From positions 960,001 through 1,024,000 of the forward strand of contig CAVZVA010000010.1 of assembly GCA_963778655.1 (NCBI GenBank): DNA of 64,000 nucleotides, read 5' to 3'. Position numbers and translations under genes: made by a program. Of this stretch, positions 10,219-19,642 are shown piece after piece. Every line of letters begins with the position of its first letter. Within the stretch, counting starts at the first letter, position 1. The DNA is from an uncultured delta proteobacterium (GTDB lineage Bacteria; Myxococcota_A; Polyangia; Polyangiales; JAFGIB01). Below the pieces are notes generated by a model. That model did not search any database, was not told where the DNA came from, and saw nothing but the letters and a program-made list of their open reading frames with translations.

Positions 10219-11019
10219 TCAGCGCCCCACGAAGGTCGGCTTGCGCTTTTCGAGGTAGGCCCGGGCCGCTTCCAGGTGGTCGGCGGTGCCCCTGCACTCG
10301 GTGTGGCGCTCGGCCTCGCGGTCGAGCAGCTCGCCGAATGACAGGCGCAGGGCGTCGTTGAGGTTCTTCTTGATGTTGGCCAGCGCTCGCGGCGCCGCGC
10401 CCGCCAGATCCTCGGCCACGCTGCGCACGTGGGCCATCAGCTGCGCGTCGGGCAGCGCCCGCGACACCAATCCAATGCGCTCGGCCTCGGCGGCGTCGAA
10501 GCGGGGCGACAGCAGGTACAGCTCGCGCGCCTTGGCCGGTCCCACGATGCGCGGCAGGGTCCACGTGCCGCCGAAGTCCCCGCTCAGGCCGGCGTTGCGG
10601 AAAGCGACATTGAACTTGGCGCCCAGGCTCGCGAAGCGCAGGTCGCAGGCGCACGCCCAGGCCAGCCCGGCACCCGCGCAGGCGCCGTTGATGGCGGCGA
10701 TGGTGACCTTGCTCATCTCCATCAGGAGCTGACTGCTACGCATCAAGTTGCGTAAATCGCTCGCGTTTCCGGCCTGCGATCGGCGCCGCTCTGGCGTTTT
10801 CGCGGGCGCCTGGCTCATCGCGCCGAGGTCGCCGCCGGCGCAGAACGCGCGCCCTGCCCCGGTCAGCACCAGCACCCGCAGCGCAGGGTCGCTGGCCACG
10901 CGCTCGATCGCTTCGAGCGCGCGTGGCAACAGGTCGTCCCCCATCGTGTTGAGACGCTCGGGGCGGTTGAGGGTGATAGTCGCCACCGGACCATCACAGG
11001 CATAGAGCACCGTGTCCAT
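10219..11019 (-). CDS. Enoyl-CoA hydratase/isomerase (crotonase) family
   Basis: LNRPERLN, AFCAGGDL, AAINGACAGAG and ACDLRFA. Confidence 0.92.
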   Translation of the reverse strand: MDTVLYACDGPVATITLNRPERLNTMGDDLLPRALEAIERVASDPALRVLVLTGAGRAFCAGGDLGAMSQAPAKTPERRRSQAGNASDLRNLMRSSQLLMEMSKVTIAAINGACAGAGLAWACACDLRFASLGAKFNVAFRNAGLSGDFGGTWTLPRIVGPAKARELYLLSPRFDAAEAERIGLVSRALPDAQLMAHVRSVAEDLAGAAPRALANIKKNLNDALRLSFGELLDREAERHTECRGTADHLEAARAYLEKRKPTFVGR

Positions 11020-11206
11020 TCTCCCTCGAGCTCCCTTCGGGTCCGAGCATAACCCGGCGCTTGCCGCTGGGGCGCAGCCCGGCGCGTTTTTGCGCTGACC
11101 TCAACGGAGGAGGCTGGAAGCCGGGCGGGTTTTGCGCCTATCTTCCCCCCTGCCCGAGGGGTCTTGTCACAGTGACTCGTGCGCGAGTCGTCAGGAGAAC
11201 GCAATC

Positions 11207-11746
11207 ATGATTCGTTCGTATGTGCTTTTCGCTGCTGGGATGTGTGCGCTCGCCTTGGTCTTCGGCGGCTGCAAGAAGAGCAGTGACAACAACACCGCCG
11301 CGACCGGCGGCACGGGCGTGGGAACCGGCGGCACCGGCGTCGCGACCGGCGGCACGGGCGTCGCGACCGGCGGTACCGGCGTCGCGACCGGCGGCACCAC
11401 GGGCGGCGCGGGCGCCGCTGCGCCCAACATGCCGGACCCGACTTGCAAGATGGGCGCCAACGGCACGAACCCGGCGTGCGACAACTGCGCCTGCACACCC
11501 GACGCCATGGGCGGATGCCTGGACGAGCTGGTCGCGTGCGAAGGCACGATGGATCCGATGGCGAACATGCTGTGCAAGGCGATCGCCGACTGTGCGTCCA
11601 CGAACAAGTGCAGCGGTACCGCGTGCACGACGCCCTGCATGACCCAGATCAACGCGGCCATCAATTACATGGGCGGCGCGCCCGTCAACGCCGTCACCCT
11701 GCTCGGCCAATGCACCGCAGCCAGTTGTGGCAGCGTCTGTCCTTGA
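11207..11746 (+). CDS. Cys-rich lipoprotein with ATGGTGV repeat linker
   Basis: AGGAG RBS, signal peptide ending FGGC, and a Cys-rich helical C-terminal domain. Confidence 0.8.
   Translation: MIRSYVLFAAGMCALALVFGGCKKSSDNNTAATGGTGVGTGGTGVATGGTGVATGGTGVATGGTTGGAGAAAPNMPDPTCKMGANGTNPACDNCACTPDAMGGCLDELVACEGTMDPMANMLCKAIADCASTNKCSGTACTTPCMTQINAAINYMGGAPVNAVTLLGQCTAASCGSVCP
11300..11404. repeat. About five 21-bp tandem repeats (gcgaccggcggcacgggcgtc consensus)
   Basis: Directly visible; encodes ATGGTGV units. Confidence 0.85.
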
Positions 11747-11853
11747 GCAGGGCACGCGCGAACGGCTAGATCGGGAGCTTGCGATCCGGGAACAATCGCA
11801 AGCTCTGCTTTCTCGCGAACGATGGGGGAGGCGCGTACCGCCCCCCGAGCTCG

Positions 11854-13662
11854 CTAGGACTTGCGGCTGGCTTCGATGTTGGCCAGCAGCAGCTCGCGCT
11901 GCAGCTCGAGCGCCTTGGGCATGGTCGGACCGATCTTGTCGAAGAACTCGGCCTGCGACTGCAGCTCGACCTTCCAGTCGTCCAGATCGATCTTGGTGGC
12001 CGCGCGGAAGCGCTCGGGCTCGATCGCAAGCCCCGACAGATCGAGGTCGCCCGGACGTGGCACCCAACCCACCAGCGTCTCCTGCGCGCCGGTGTAGCCG
12101 AGCGCGCGGTCGACGACCCATTTCAGCACGCGCATGTTCTCGCCGTAGCCCGGCCACAGGAACGAGCCGTCCTCGCCCTTGCGGAACCAGTTGACCATGA
12201 AGATCTTCGGCGGCATCGGGATGCGCGTGCGCATCGCCAGCCAGTGCCCGAAGTAGTCGCCCATGTTGTAGCCGCAGAACGGCAGCATGGCCATCGGGTC
12301 GCGACGCACCACGCCGACCGCGCCGGTGGCGGCCGCGGTGGTCTCCGAGCCCATGGTGGCGCCCAGATACACTCCGTGCGCCCAGTTGAACGACTGCATC
12401 ACCAGCGGCACGGTGGTGGCGCGGCGGCCGCCGAAGATGATCGCCGAGATCGGCACGCCCTCGGGATCGTTGGCCGACTTGGACAAGCAGGGGTTGTTGC
12501 TCATCGGCGCGGTGAAGCGGCTGTTGGGGTGGGCCGCCTTCTCGCCCGAGGCCGGGCTCCAGGGCCGGCCTTGCCAGTCGATCAGCCCTGCGGGCGGCGG
12601 GGTGTCGATGCCCTCCCACCACACGTCCTTATCCGGCGTCATCGCGACGTTGGTGAAGATGGTGTCGTGCGCCACGGTCTTCATCGCGGTCGCGTTGCTC
12701 TTGGGGCTGGTGCCCGGGGCCACGCCGAAGTAGCCGGCCTCGGGATTGACCGCCCACAGCCGCCCGTCGGGACCGGGGCGCATCCAGGCGATGTCGTCGC
12801 CCACGGTAAACACGCGCCAGCCCTCGAAGCGCTTGGGCGGGATCAGCATGGCGAAGTTGGTCTTGCCGCATGCGCTGGGGAAGGCCGCCGCCACGTAGGT
12901 CGTGCGCCCTTCGGGGCTCTCCACGCCGAGGATCAGCATGTGCTCGGCCAGCCAGCCTTCGCGGTGGCCGAGGTAGCTGCCGATGCGCAGCGCCAGGCAC
13001 TTCTTGCCGAGCAGCACGTTGCCGCCGTAGCCGCTGCCGAGCGACCAGATGGTGTTGTCCTGCGGGAAGTGGCAGATGTAGCGGCGCTCGGGATTGACGT
13101 CGAGCAGCGCGTGCAGGCCGCGGTTGAAGTCGTTGGAATCGCCCAGCATCTCGAGCGCGGCTTTGCCCATGCGCGTCATGATGCGCATGTTGAGCACCAC
13201 GTAGATGCTGTCGGTCAGCTCGATGCCGACCTTGGAGAACGGCGAGCCGAGCGGGCCCATCACGTACGGGATCACGTACATGGTGCGGCCGCGCATCGAG
13301 CCGTCGTAGAGCTTGCTGAGCTTGGCGTAGGCGTCGGCCGGGGCCATCCAGTTGTTGGTCGGGCCAGCCTCCTCGCGGGTCGGGGTGCAGATGAAGGTCA
13401 AATGCTCGACCCGCGCCACGTCGTTGGGGCTGCTGCGGTGCAGGTAGCAGCCCGGGCGCTTGTCGGGGTTGAGCGGGAGCAGGCTGCCGGTGGCCACGGC
13501 CTCTTCGGTCAGCCGTCGCCGTTCCGCCTCCGAGCCGTCACACCAGTACACGCTGTCGGGCTTGGTCAGGTGGGCCATCTCGTCGACCCAGGCGATCAGG
13601 GCGGCATTGGTCGTCGGCTTGGCGCCGGGGGGACGATTGGATTGGGCGGGGCTTGCGCTCAT
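11854..13662 (-). CDS. pckG: Phosphoenolpyruvate carboxykinase (GTP)
   Basis: [38 protein letters not shown] and [15 protein letters not shown]. Confidence 0.97.
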   Translation of the reverse strand: MSASPAQSNRPPGAKPTTNAALIAWVDEMAHLTKPDSVYWCDGSEAERRRLTEEAVATGSLLPLNPDKRPGCYLHRSSPNDVARVEHLTFICTPTREEAGPTNNWMAPADAYAKLSKLYDGSMRGRTMYVIPYVMGPLGSPFSKVGIELTDSIYVVLNMRIMTRMGKAALEMLGDSNDFNRGLHALLDVNPERRYICHFPQDNTIWSLGSGYGGNVLLGKKCLALRIGSYLGHREGWLAEHMLILGVESPEGRTTYVAAAFPSACGKTNFAMLIPPKRFEGWRVFTVGDDIAWMRPGPDGRLWAVNPEAGYFGVAPGTSPKSNATAMKTVAHDTIFTNVAMTPDKDVWWEGIDTPPPAGLIDWQGRPWSPASGEKAAHPNSRFTAPMSNNPCLSKSANDPEGVPISAIIFGGRRATTVPLVMQSFNWAHGVYLGATMGSETTAAATGAVGVVRRDPMAMLPFCGYNMGDYFGHWLAMRTRIPMPPKIFMVNWFRKGEDGSFLWPGYGENMRVLKWVVDRALGYTGAQETLVGWVPRPGDLDLSGLAIEPERFRAATKIDLDDWKVELQSQAEFFDKIGPTMPKALELQRELLLANIEASRKS

Positions 13663-13998
13663 CGGGCGCCTCCTGGGTACTGAATTCTGGTGGTTCGGTC
13701 GCGGATGTCCAGACCCGGCGGCCGCGCGGGATGCCTACCACGACAGGCGCCCGAAGACACGGAGGAAGCGCAAGAGCTGCGCTCGAATCGAAGCGTTTCG
13801 AGCGGCCAAGGGGCCCGGGCCGGGGCCGCGTCGGCCCGCCGTGCGAGCCACCCCCCCGGCGGCGCCGGCGGAACCCCGATCTGGACACAATGAGTGTTGC
13901 CAAATTAGGACTTGGCCGCGTCCTGGCCGCGCTGGGCGCCGGCTGCAGTGGCAGCCCCCGGGCGTGTGCGGCCCGCGTGCTATGTAGCGTTCGCGATC

Positions 13999-15078
13999 AT
14001 GACGGGCTTGACGCCGAGCCGCTCGCGGCTGTTCGCGCGCACCGACGACGGCCTGCGGCTGTCGGTCACGCGCGTGGCGCTGCCCGAGCCGCGCGCTGGC
14101 GCGGTGGTGCTGCTGCACGGCTTGGGCGCCAATGGCCGCATGTTCCTGCTGCCGCAGGCCTCGCTCGCCGAGTACCTGGCGCGGCTCGGGTTCGATTGCT
14201 ACGTGCCGGAGCTGCGCGGCGCCGGGGATAGCGAGCGACCCGAGGCGCCCTGGACGCTGGACGACTATCTCGAGCACGACGTGCCCGCCGTGTTGGAGAG
14301 CGTGCTGCACAGCAGCGGGCAGCCCAGCGTGGGCTGGATCGGGATGAGCCTGGGCGGGGTGCTGATGCTGATGTACTGCATCGAGCGCCCGGATGCGCCG
14401 GTGTCTCGCTTGATCACGCTGGGCTCGGCGCTCGACTACCGGCCCGGGGACAACGTCTACCGGCGGCTGCTGCGGCTGCGGCCGCTGGCGGGCCTGGTGC
14501 GCGAGCTGCCGTTCGGCGCGATCGGGCGCGCGCTCGCGCCGCTCGCGGGCCGGGGCCCGCTGCTGCCCGTGGAGGCGATGAATTTCAACCGCAGCAACGT
14601 GGAGCGTACGGTGTGCCGCGAGCTGATGGCCCGGGGCTTCAGCCCGATCCCGGTGGCGCTGTTCGACGCCCTGGCTACGGCCTTCAGCCCGCAGGGCTTC
14701 TCGCGTGGCGGCGGCCGCATCGTGTACCTGGAGCGCGCGGCGGCGCTGCGGGTGCCCACGCTGCTGCTGGCCGGCAGCTGCGACCCCCAGTGCCCGCCCC
14801 AGGCGGCGGCCGCCACCCTGCACGCGCTCAGCGGCGTGCAGGACAAGCGCCTGCTGGTCTTCGGCAAGGCGTACGGTCAAGTCGACGACTACGGGCACCT
14901 CGATCTGGCGGTGGGCAAGCGCGCAGAGAGCGAGGTGTGGCCGCACATCGCCGCCTTCTTGCAAGCAGGCGCGGGCGGCAGTGGATCTCGCGCTGAGCAT
15001 GAGCGGCCTGTTCGCGAGGAAGAGCCGCGGAACGCGGCCCCGCGTGGGGAGGGGCCCCGGCGGCCATGGACGAGCTGA
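13999..15078 (+). CDS. Alpha/beta-fold hydrolase (lipase/PhaC-like)
   Basis: LLHGLG, GMSLGG nucleophile elbow and DYGHLDL. Confidence 0.88.
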   Translation: MTGLTPSRSRLFARTDDGLRLSVTRVALPEPRAGAVVLLHGLGANGRMFLLPQASLAEYLARLGFDCYVPELRGAGDSERPEAPWTLDDYLEHDVPAVLESVLHSSGQPSVGWIGMSLGGVLMLMYCIERPDAPVSRLITLGSALDYRPGDNVYRRLLRLRPLAGLVRELPFGAIGRALAPLAGRGPLLPVEAMNFNRSNVERTVCRELMARGFSPIPVALFDALATAFSPQGFSRGGGRIVYLERAAALRVPTLLLAGSCDPQCPPQAAAATLHALSGVQDKRLLVFGKAYGQVDDYGHLDLAVGKRAESEVWPHIAAFLQAGAGGSGSRAEHERPVREEEPRNAAPRGEGPRRPWTS

Positions 15079-16013
15079 GCCTGCGCGAGCAAGACGGCGC
15101 GGTTTGCTTCGAGGTGCGCGTCGCGCCGCGCGCCTCGCGCGACGGGCTCGGCGGCGTGCACGACGGCGCGCTCAAGCTGAGCTTGACCGCGGCGCCGGTC
15201 GACGGCGCGGCCAATGCCGCGTTGATCGCGCTGCTCGCCAAGGCGCTGGGCGTGCCCAAGCGCGCGGTGCGGATCGTGCGCGGCGAGCATGCGCGCAACA
15301 AGAGCGTGCGCGTGGAAGGCGTCTCGCTCGCGGCGGTGAGGGTCGCGCTGGGTGCCGCGGGCACCAAGCCGCCCGCGGCCGAACCGGCCGGGCGCGTGGC
15401 AGCGCCGGCGGCGGCCAAGCGCCGGTTGCCGCTGGGGCGCGCGGGCGAGTCGCGGCTGGAGCTGCCGACGATCATGGACCGCGCGCTCGCGACCCAGCAC
15501 GGCAGCGGCTACGTGCAGCTGTGCGCCTTCGCGATCGACGTGGACCGGAGCTACGTGGAGGCGGCGCAGGACGCCGGCCTGCCGTTCGGTTGGGAAGTGT
15601 TCCTGACCGAGTGCTACCTGCTTTCGCGCATCGATGCCGGTGATCCCGCGCAGCGCTTGTTGCTGGAGGACACCTGTCTGTCGATTCTGGAGCAGCCGGC
15701 CGACGAGCAGGGCTACGGCAGCCAGCTGCTGTTCGCGGTCTACGACGCGATCGAGCGCGGCGCGCTGCCGCCGCCGCTGCGGGCGATGTTCGCCGGCTGG
15801 CGCAGCAAGCCCAAGCAGCTGCGCAAGGCGCTCGGCGCGCTGTTCGCGCAGCCGCACGCGGCGCTGGCGCAGTGCGCAGGGTACTGCCTGCGGCAGGCGC
15901 TCGAGCCGCCGCTCGCTCCGCCTGCGCGCCAGGTTCTGCTGCAGATGCAAGCGGGCGAGTGGCCGGTGGCGTTTTCGGAGCTCAACAGGAAGACGGGAAG
16001 ACGGGAAGAGTGA
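15066..16013 (+). CDS. DUF167/YggU (UPF0235) domain fused to an unknown C-terminal domain
   Basis: VRVAPRASRD...LTAAPVDGAANAALIALLAKALGVPKRAVRIVRGEHARNK in the first ~95 aa, followed by ~200 additional aa. Confidence 0.75.
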   Translation: MDELSLREQDGAVCFEVRVAPRASRDGLGGVHDGALKLSLTAAPVDGAANAALIALLAKALGVPKRAVRIVRGEHARNKSVRVEGVSLAAVRVALGAAGTKPPAAEPAGRVAAPAAAKRRLPLGRAGESRLELPTIMDRALATQHGSGYVQLCAFAIDVDRSYVEAAQDAGLPFGWEVFLTECYLLSRIDAGDPAQRLLLEDTCLSILEQPADEQGYGSQLLFAVYDAIERGALPPPLRAMFAGWRSKPKQLRKALGALFAQPHAALAQCAGYCLRQALEPPLAPPARQVLLQMQAGEWPVAFSELNRKTGRREE

Positions 16014-16048
16014 TCCTCAGGCTGTGCTGCCCGCCTTCCCGCAAATCC
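15985..16048. repeat. REP-like imperfect palindromic element (acaggaagacgggaag...cccgccttcccgc)
   Basis: Shares the acaggaagacgggaa motif with 17044-17102; lies at a convergent gene junction. Confidence 0.55.
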
Positions 16049-16068
16049 TCCGGCGCGACCGGCCAGCG

Positions 16069-16944
16069 CTACCGCTCGGCGACCGAGGTGCGGCGGGCCT
16101 TGCCGCGCAGCACGCTGTAGAGCGCGGCGCACACCGGCACCAGCAGCAGCGAGAACAGCTGCGCGCTGGAGAAGCCGAACGCGAAGCCGCGCTCCGGGTC
16201 GTCGCGCAGGTATTCGATGAAGAAGCGGAACAGGCCGTAGCCGATCGCGACCGCGAGGATCACCTGCCCGCGAAACTGGCGGCGGCGTCCGAGCTGCCAG
16301 GCCAGGGCGAGCAGCACCACGCCCGCCAGTGCCTCGTAGAGCTGGGTCGGGTGCACCGGCAGCGAGGTACTCGCGTCCCGCGACAGCCCGTAGCGGTCCA
16401 CGTGGTACAGGAACGCCGGCGAGCCGACCACGTGCAGCTTGTCGAAGTGCCAGTTGGGGAAGCTGCCCAGGTGCTTGAGCCAGCCGGGCGCGGAGTCGGG
16501 CAGCAGCGTGCCGAAGTCGCAGCCATACAGGTAGCAGCCCAGGCGCGTGAGCACGGTCCCGGCGGCGAGCGCGGGCGCCGCGGCGTCGCCGAAGGCTGCC
16601 AGCGAGGCGCGTTTGTACGCGAGGTAGAGCGTGGCGCCGATCAGGCCGCCCAAGAAGCCGCCGTAGGCGGTCACGCCGCCGGAGGTGATGTCGAACCAGT
16701 GCGCGCCGGTATCTCCGAGTAGCTCCCGGTTTTCCGCCACGTAGAGCAGGCGGGCCCCGACGATGCCGGCGACCGCGGCGATCAGCGCGGCGTTGCCCGC
16801 CACGTCCTCGCCCAGGCCATCGCGCCGCGCCACGCGCACCACGATCTGAAAGCCCGCGATCAAGGAGAGCCCGAGCAATACGCCGTAGGAGTAGATCGGC
16901 TGCGGCCCCCACGGCATCGGCAGCGTAAACAGAATCGGCAACAT
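16069..16944 (-). CDS. lgt: Prolipoprotein diacylglyceryl transferase
   Basis: YSYGV, IVGARLLY, YGGFLGG, RLGCYLYGCDFG, HPTQLYE and RFFIEYLRDD. Confidence 0.93.
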   Translation of the reverse strand: MLPILFTLPMPWGPQPIYSYGVLLGLSLIAGFQIVVRVARRDGLGEDVAGNAALIAAVAGIVGARLLYVAENRELLGDTGAHWFDITSGGVTAYGGFLGGLIGATLYLAYKRASLAAFGDAAAPALAAGTVLTRLGCYLYGCDFGTLLPDSAPGWLKHLGSFPNWHFDKLHVVGSPAFLYHVDRYGLSRDASTSLPVHPTQLYEALAGVVLLALAWQLGRRRQFRGQVILAVAIGYGLFRFFIEYLRDDPERGFAFGFSSAQLFSLLLVPVCAALYSVLRGKARRTSVAER

Positions 16945-17043
16945 GGGTCCGAGCCCTAGCCTTGTGCCACACGCTCTGCGCCCACGCCAGCCCCACCCCG
17001 ACTCGTCCTCATCCTCACCCTCGTCGGCGGATCGAAGAGATAC

Positions 17044-17102
17044 ACAGGAAGACGGGAAAGCGGGAAGCCCGGACAAGGCGATCATCCTTCCCGCCTTCCT
17101 GT
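17044..17102. repeat. REP-like inverted repeat / hairpin
   Basis: acaggaagacgggaa at 17044 pairs imperfectly with cttcccgccttcctgt at 17087-17102. Confidence 0.65.
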
Positions 17103-17135
17103 TCAATCCGAAAAGGAACGTCGCTGCGGCCAGCG

Positions 17136-18182
17136 CTAAGGCTTGGTGTGCGGCTTGGTTCCGCTCTTGGCGGTGTCGGACGCGGTCGTGTGGGCCTTCT
17201 TGGCCGCGGCCTTGGTGGGCGGCGGGGCCAGCGCCTTGCGCGCGCTCTCGAACACCTTGAGCACCTTGGGCGAGGTGCGAATGCCGTCGAGCTCGGTGTC
17301 GGGTTGCTGGGCCAGCACCACCAGAAACGCCTCCCGCGCCAGATCGTCGCTGCCCAGCGCCACCAGCGCGCTGGCGAGCTCGCGGTGTACCGTGACGATC
17401 TGGCTGCCGGTGAGATCGCCGGCGCCGATCAGGCGGTTCGCGAGCGCCACCGCCTCGGTGTAGAGGCCGTGCTTGACGGCGTTGCGCAGCTGCGGCAGCT
17501 GGGCCTCGATCTCCCGCTGGCGCTTGCGCACATCGCCGCCGAGCTGGGGGGTACCGAGCTGCGCCTCGGCCAGCTTCTTGCCCTGCTCGCTCAGCACCAA
17601 ATCGTTGAGCGGCACCAGCGCGATCTCCCCGCGCACCATGTGCGCGTGCAGCGCCGGGTTGAAGTTGCGGATCGTGTTCATCCCGGCCGGCGAGTCGTAG
17701 TAGGTCTTGGCGATCTTGCGCAGCGAGTCGTTTTGTCCGACCACGTAGCGCAGCGGGTAGGGGATGAGCAGCTCGGCACCCGGATCGGGATGCTCGCCTG
17801 ACCTGGCGCCATTGGCGTTCATCAGCGCAAACGCACGATGTGGATCACCATAGAAGCGCGTGGCCAGCTCGGACCAGGTCTCGCCCTCGACGGCGCGGTG
17901 ATATGACACCGTCGGGATCACCAGCCGCAGCCCCACCACGATCGCCGAGCCGCCTTCGGTGGTCAGCCCGTTTTCGGCCACCAGCACGCTCTCGCGCCGG
18001 GGGTCGCCGTAGTAGAGCTCGGCGATCGAGGCCAGCGTCTCGCCGGCGCGTACCGTGTGCACCAGCGCAGGCTCGGCGCGCGCGCCCGCGGGCAGCGCGC
18101 CCACGGCCAGCAGCAGCGCGCCGGCGCAGCAGCAGGCGCGCGCGCAGCACAGCACGGCCCTGCGCGCGGTCTTCAGGCTCAT
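17136..18182 (-). CDS. Secreted multi-LysM protein with helical (TPR-like) C-terminus
   Basis: Signal peptide ending ARA-E. Three LysM-like repeats: HTVRAGETLASIAELYYG, AVEGETWSELATRFYG and YVVGQNDSLRKIAKTYY. Confidence 0.85.
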   Translation of the reverse strand: MSLKTARRAVLCCARACCCAGALLLAVGALPAGARAEPALVHTVRAGETLASIAELYYGDPRRESVLVAENGLTTEGGSAIVVGLRLVIPTVSYHRAVEGETWSELATRFYGDPHRAFALMNANGARSGEHPDPGAELLIPYPLRYVVGQNDSLRKIAKTYYDSPAGMNTIRNFNPALHAHMVRGEIALVPLNDLVLSEQGKKLAEAQLGTPQLGGDVRKRQREIEAQLPQLRNAVKHGLYTEAVALANRLIGAGDLTGSQIVTVHRELASALVALGSDDLAREAFLVVLAQQPDTELDGIRTSPKVLKVFESARKALAPPPTKAAAKKAHTTASDTAKSGTKPHTKP

Positions 18183-19519
18183 CGCTTGGCCGCCTCCTCG
18201 CGGACTTTCTGCGGCGGCTTGGCTGTAAGCCGCGCCGACAAGCGCACGGTCTTGCCCGGGTGCACGAAGATCTCGGCCGCCTGATCCTGGAAGAACGGGT
18301 TCTTGTACTTGACGTAGTGCTTGCCGGGCGGCAGCGGGATGCGTGAGGAGGTCGGCGTGGTGGCGACCAGCTCGCCGTCCACATAGACGTCGGCCCAGGG
18401 CTCGACCACGACCTGCAGGTAGCCAGCGCGGTGCGGGATCAGCGGCGCGTCGCTCTGCTCCCCGAAGCTGCCGTTGCGATCGCTGAAGCGGCCGGTGGAA
18501 GCCTGGATCGCGCCGCCGGTCGCCAGCAGCACCAAGAACAGCGCCGAGAACATCAACGCCGCGCTGCGCACGAGCGAGCGATCGTACTGCCCGCCGCGAG
18601 CGCCGCGTGTGGCGCCGGCCTTGAGCGTCTCCTCGGCTTCGAGCTCGCTGATCACCGCCACGTCGCGCAGGAACATCACCAGGCGCGCGCTGTGGTTCAT
18701 GCCCACGCGGCCTGCCAAGAACTCCATCAGGTCGTCGATCAGGGTCTGCGTGCTGGGGTAGCGGCTGGCCGGCACCTTCTCCATGCTGCGCGCCAGGATG
18801 CGTTCCATGCTGCGCGGCACCGAGCCCACGACCTTGCGCGGGTTGACGTAGCGGTCGAGGCGGATCTTCTGCATCACGGTGCGCGCCTCGTCCTCGACGA
18901 AGGGCTTCTGTCCGGTGATGCACTGGTAGAGCACGATGCCGAGCGAGAAGATGTCGCTGCGGAAGTCGAGCTTGTCGCCGAGGATCTGCTCCGGGCTCAT
19001 GTAGCTCGGGGTCCCTACACCGGTGCCGGTCTCGGTCAGATCAGAGAGCGAGTGATCGCGCGCGATCCCGAAGTCCATCAGCTTCACCTCGCCCTGGTGC
19101 GAGATGATGATGTTGGCCGGCTTGATGTCGCGGTGGATGATGCCGCGGAAGTGCGCGTAGTCGAGCGCGCGCGCCACCTGCAGGCCGATCACCGCCGCGA
19201 CGTCGACCGGCAGCCGCGGCGTGAGCTGGAGCAGATCGTACAGGTCGACGCCCTGCACGTACTCCATGATGATGTACATGGTGTCGCCGTCTTTGAGGAA
19301 GTCGTAGACGTGCAGGATGTTCTCGTGCTGCAGCGAGGCCATGAAGCGCGCCTCGCGCTCGAAGCGCAGCGCGAAGTGGCTGTCGACCGCGATCGAGGGC
19401 TTGAGCGCCTTGATCGCCACCACGCGTTCGAGCGGCTCCTGCACGGCCTTGTAGATCACGGCCATGCCGCCGCTGCCGATCTCGCCGACGATGCGGCAGT
19501 TGCCGATGCGATCCAGCAT
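18179..19519 (-). CDS. Membrane Ser/Thr protein kinase with extracellular PEGA-like domain
   Basis: IGSGGMA, VAIK, HRDIKPAN, DFG, GTPSYMSPE, a TM helix, and EPWADVYVDG...TTP. Confidence 0.93.
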   Translation of the reverse strand: MLDRIGNCRIVGEIGSGGMAVIYKAVQEPLERVVAIKALKPSIAVDSHFALRFEREARFMASLQHENILHVYDFLKDGDTMYIIMEYVQGVDLYDLLQLTPRLPVDVAAVIGLQVARALDYAHFRGIIHRDIKPANIIISHQGEVKLMDFGIARDHSLSDLTETGTGVGTPSYMSPEQILGDKLDFRSDIFSLGIVLYQCITGQKPFVEDEARTVMQKIRLDRYVNPRKVVGSVPRSMERILARSMEKVPASRYPSTQTLIDDLMEFLAGRVGMNHSARLVMFLRDVAVISELEAEETLKAGATRGARGGQYDRSLVRSAALMFSALFLVLLATGGAIQASTGRFSDRNGSFGEQSDAPLIPHRAGYLQVVVEPWADVYVDGELVATTPTSSRIPLPPGKHYVKYKNPFFQDQAAEIFVHPGKTVRLSARLTAKPPQKVREEAAKR

Positions 19520-19642
19520 CGCCCGCAACGTAGAGAGCGTCGGCGGCCGTGTCAAACCCGAACGCCGGACCAGTCCTGCCGGCCTAGACCAATGATTCCA
19601 AATGGTTACGGTTGGTGACCGGGCCCTTTGCGGCCGCGCGGG

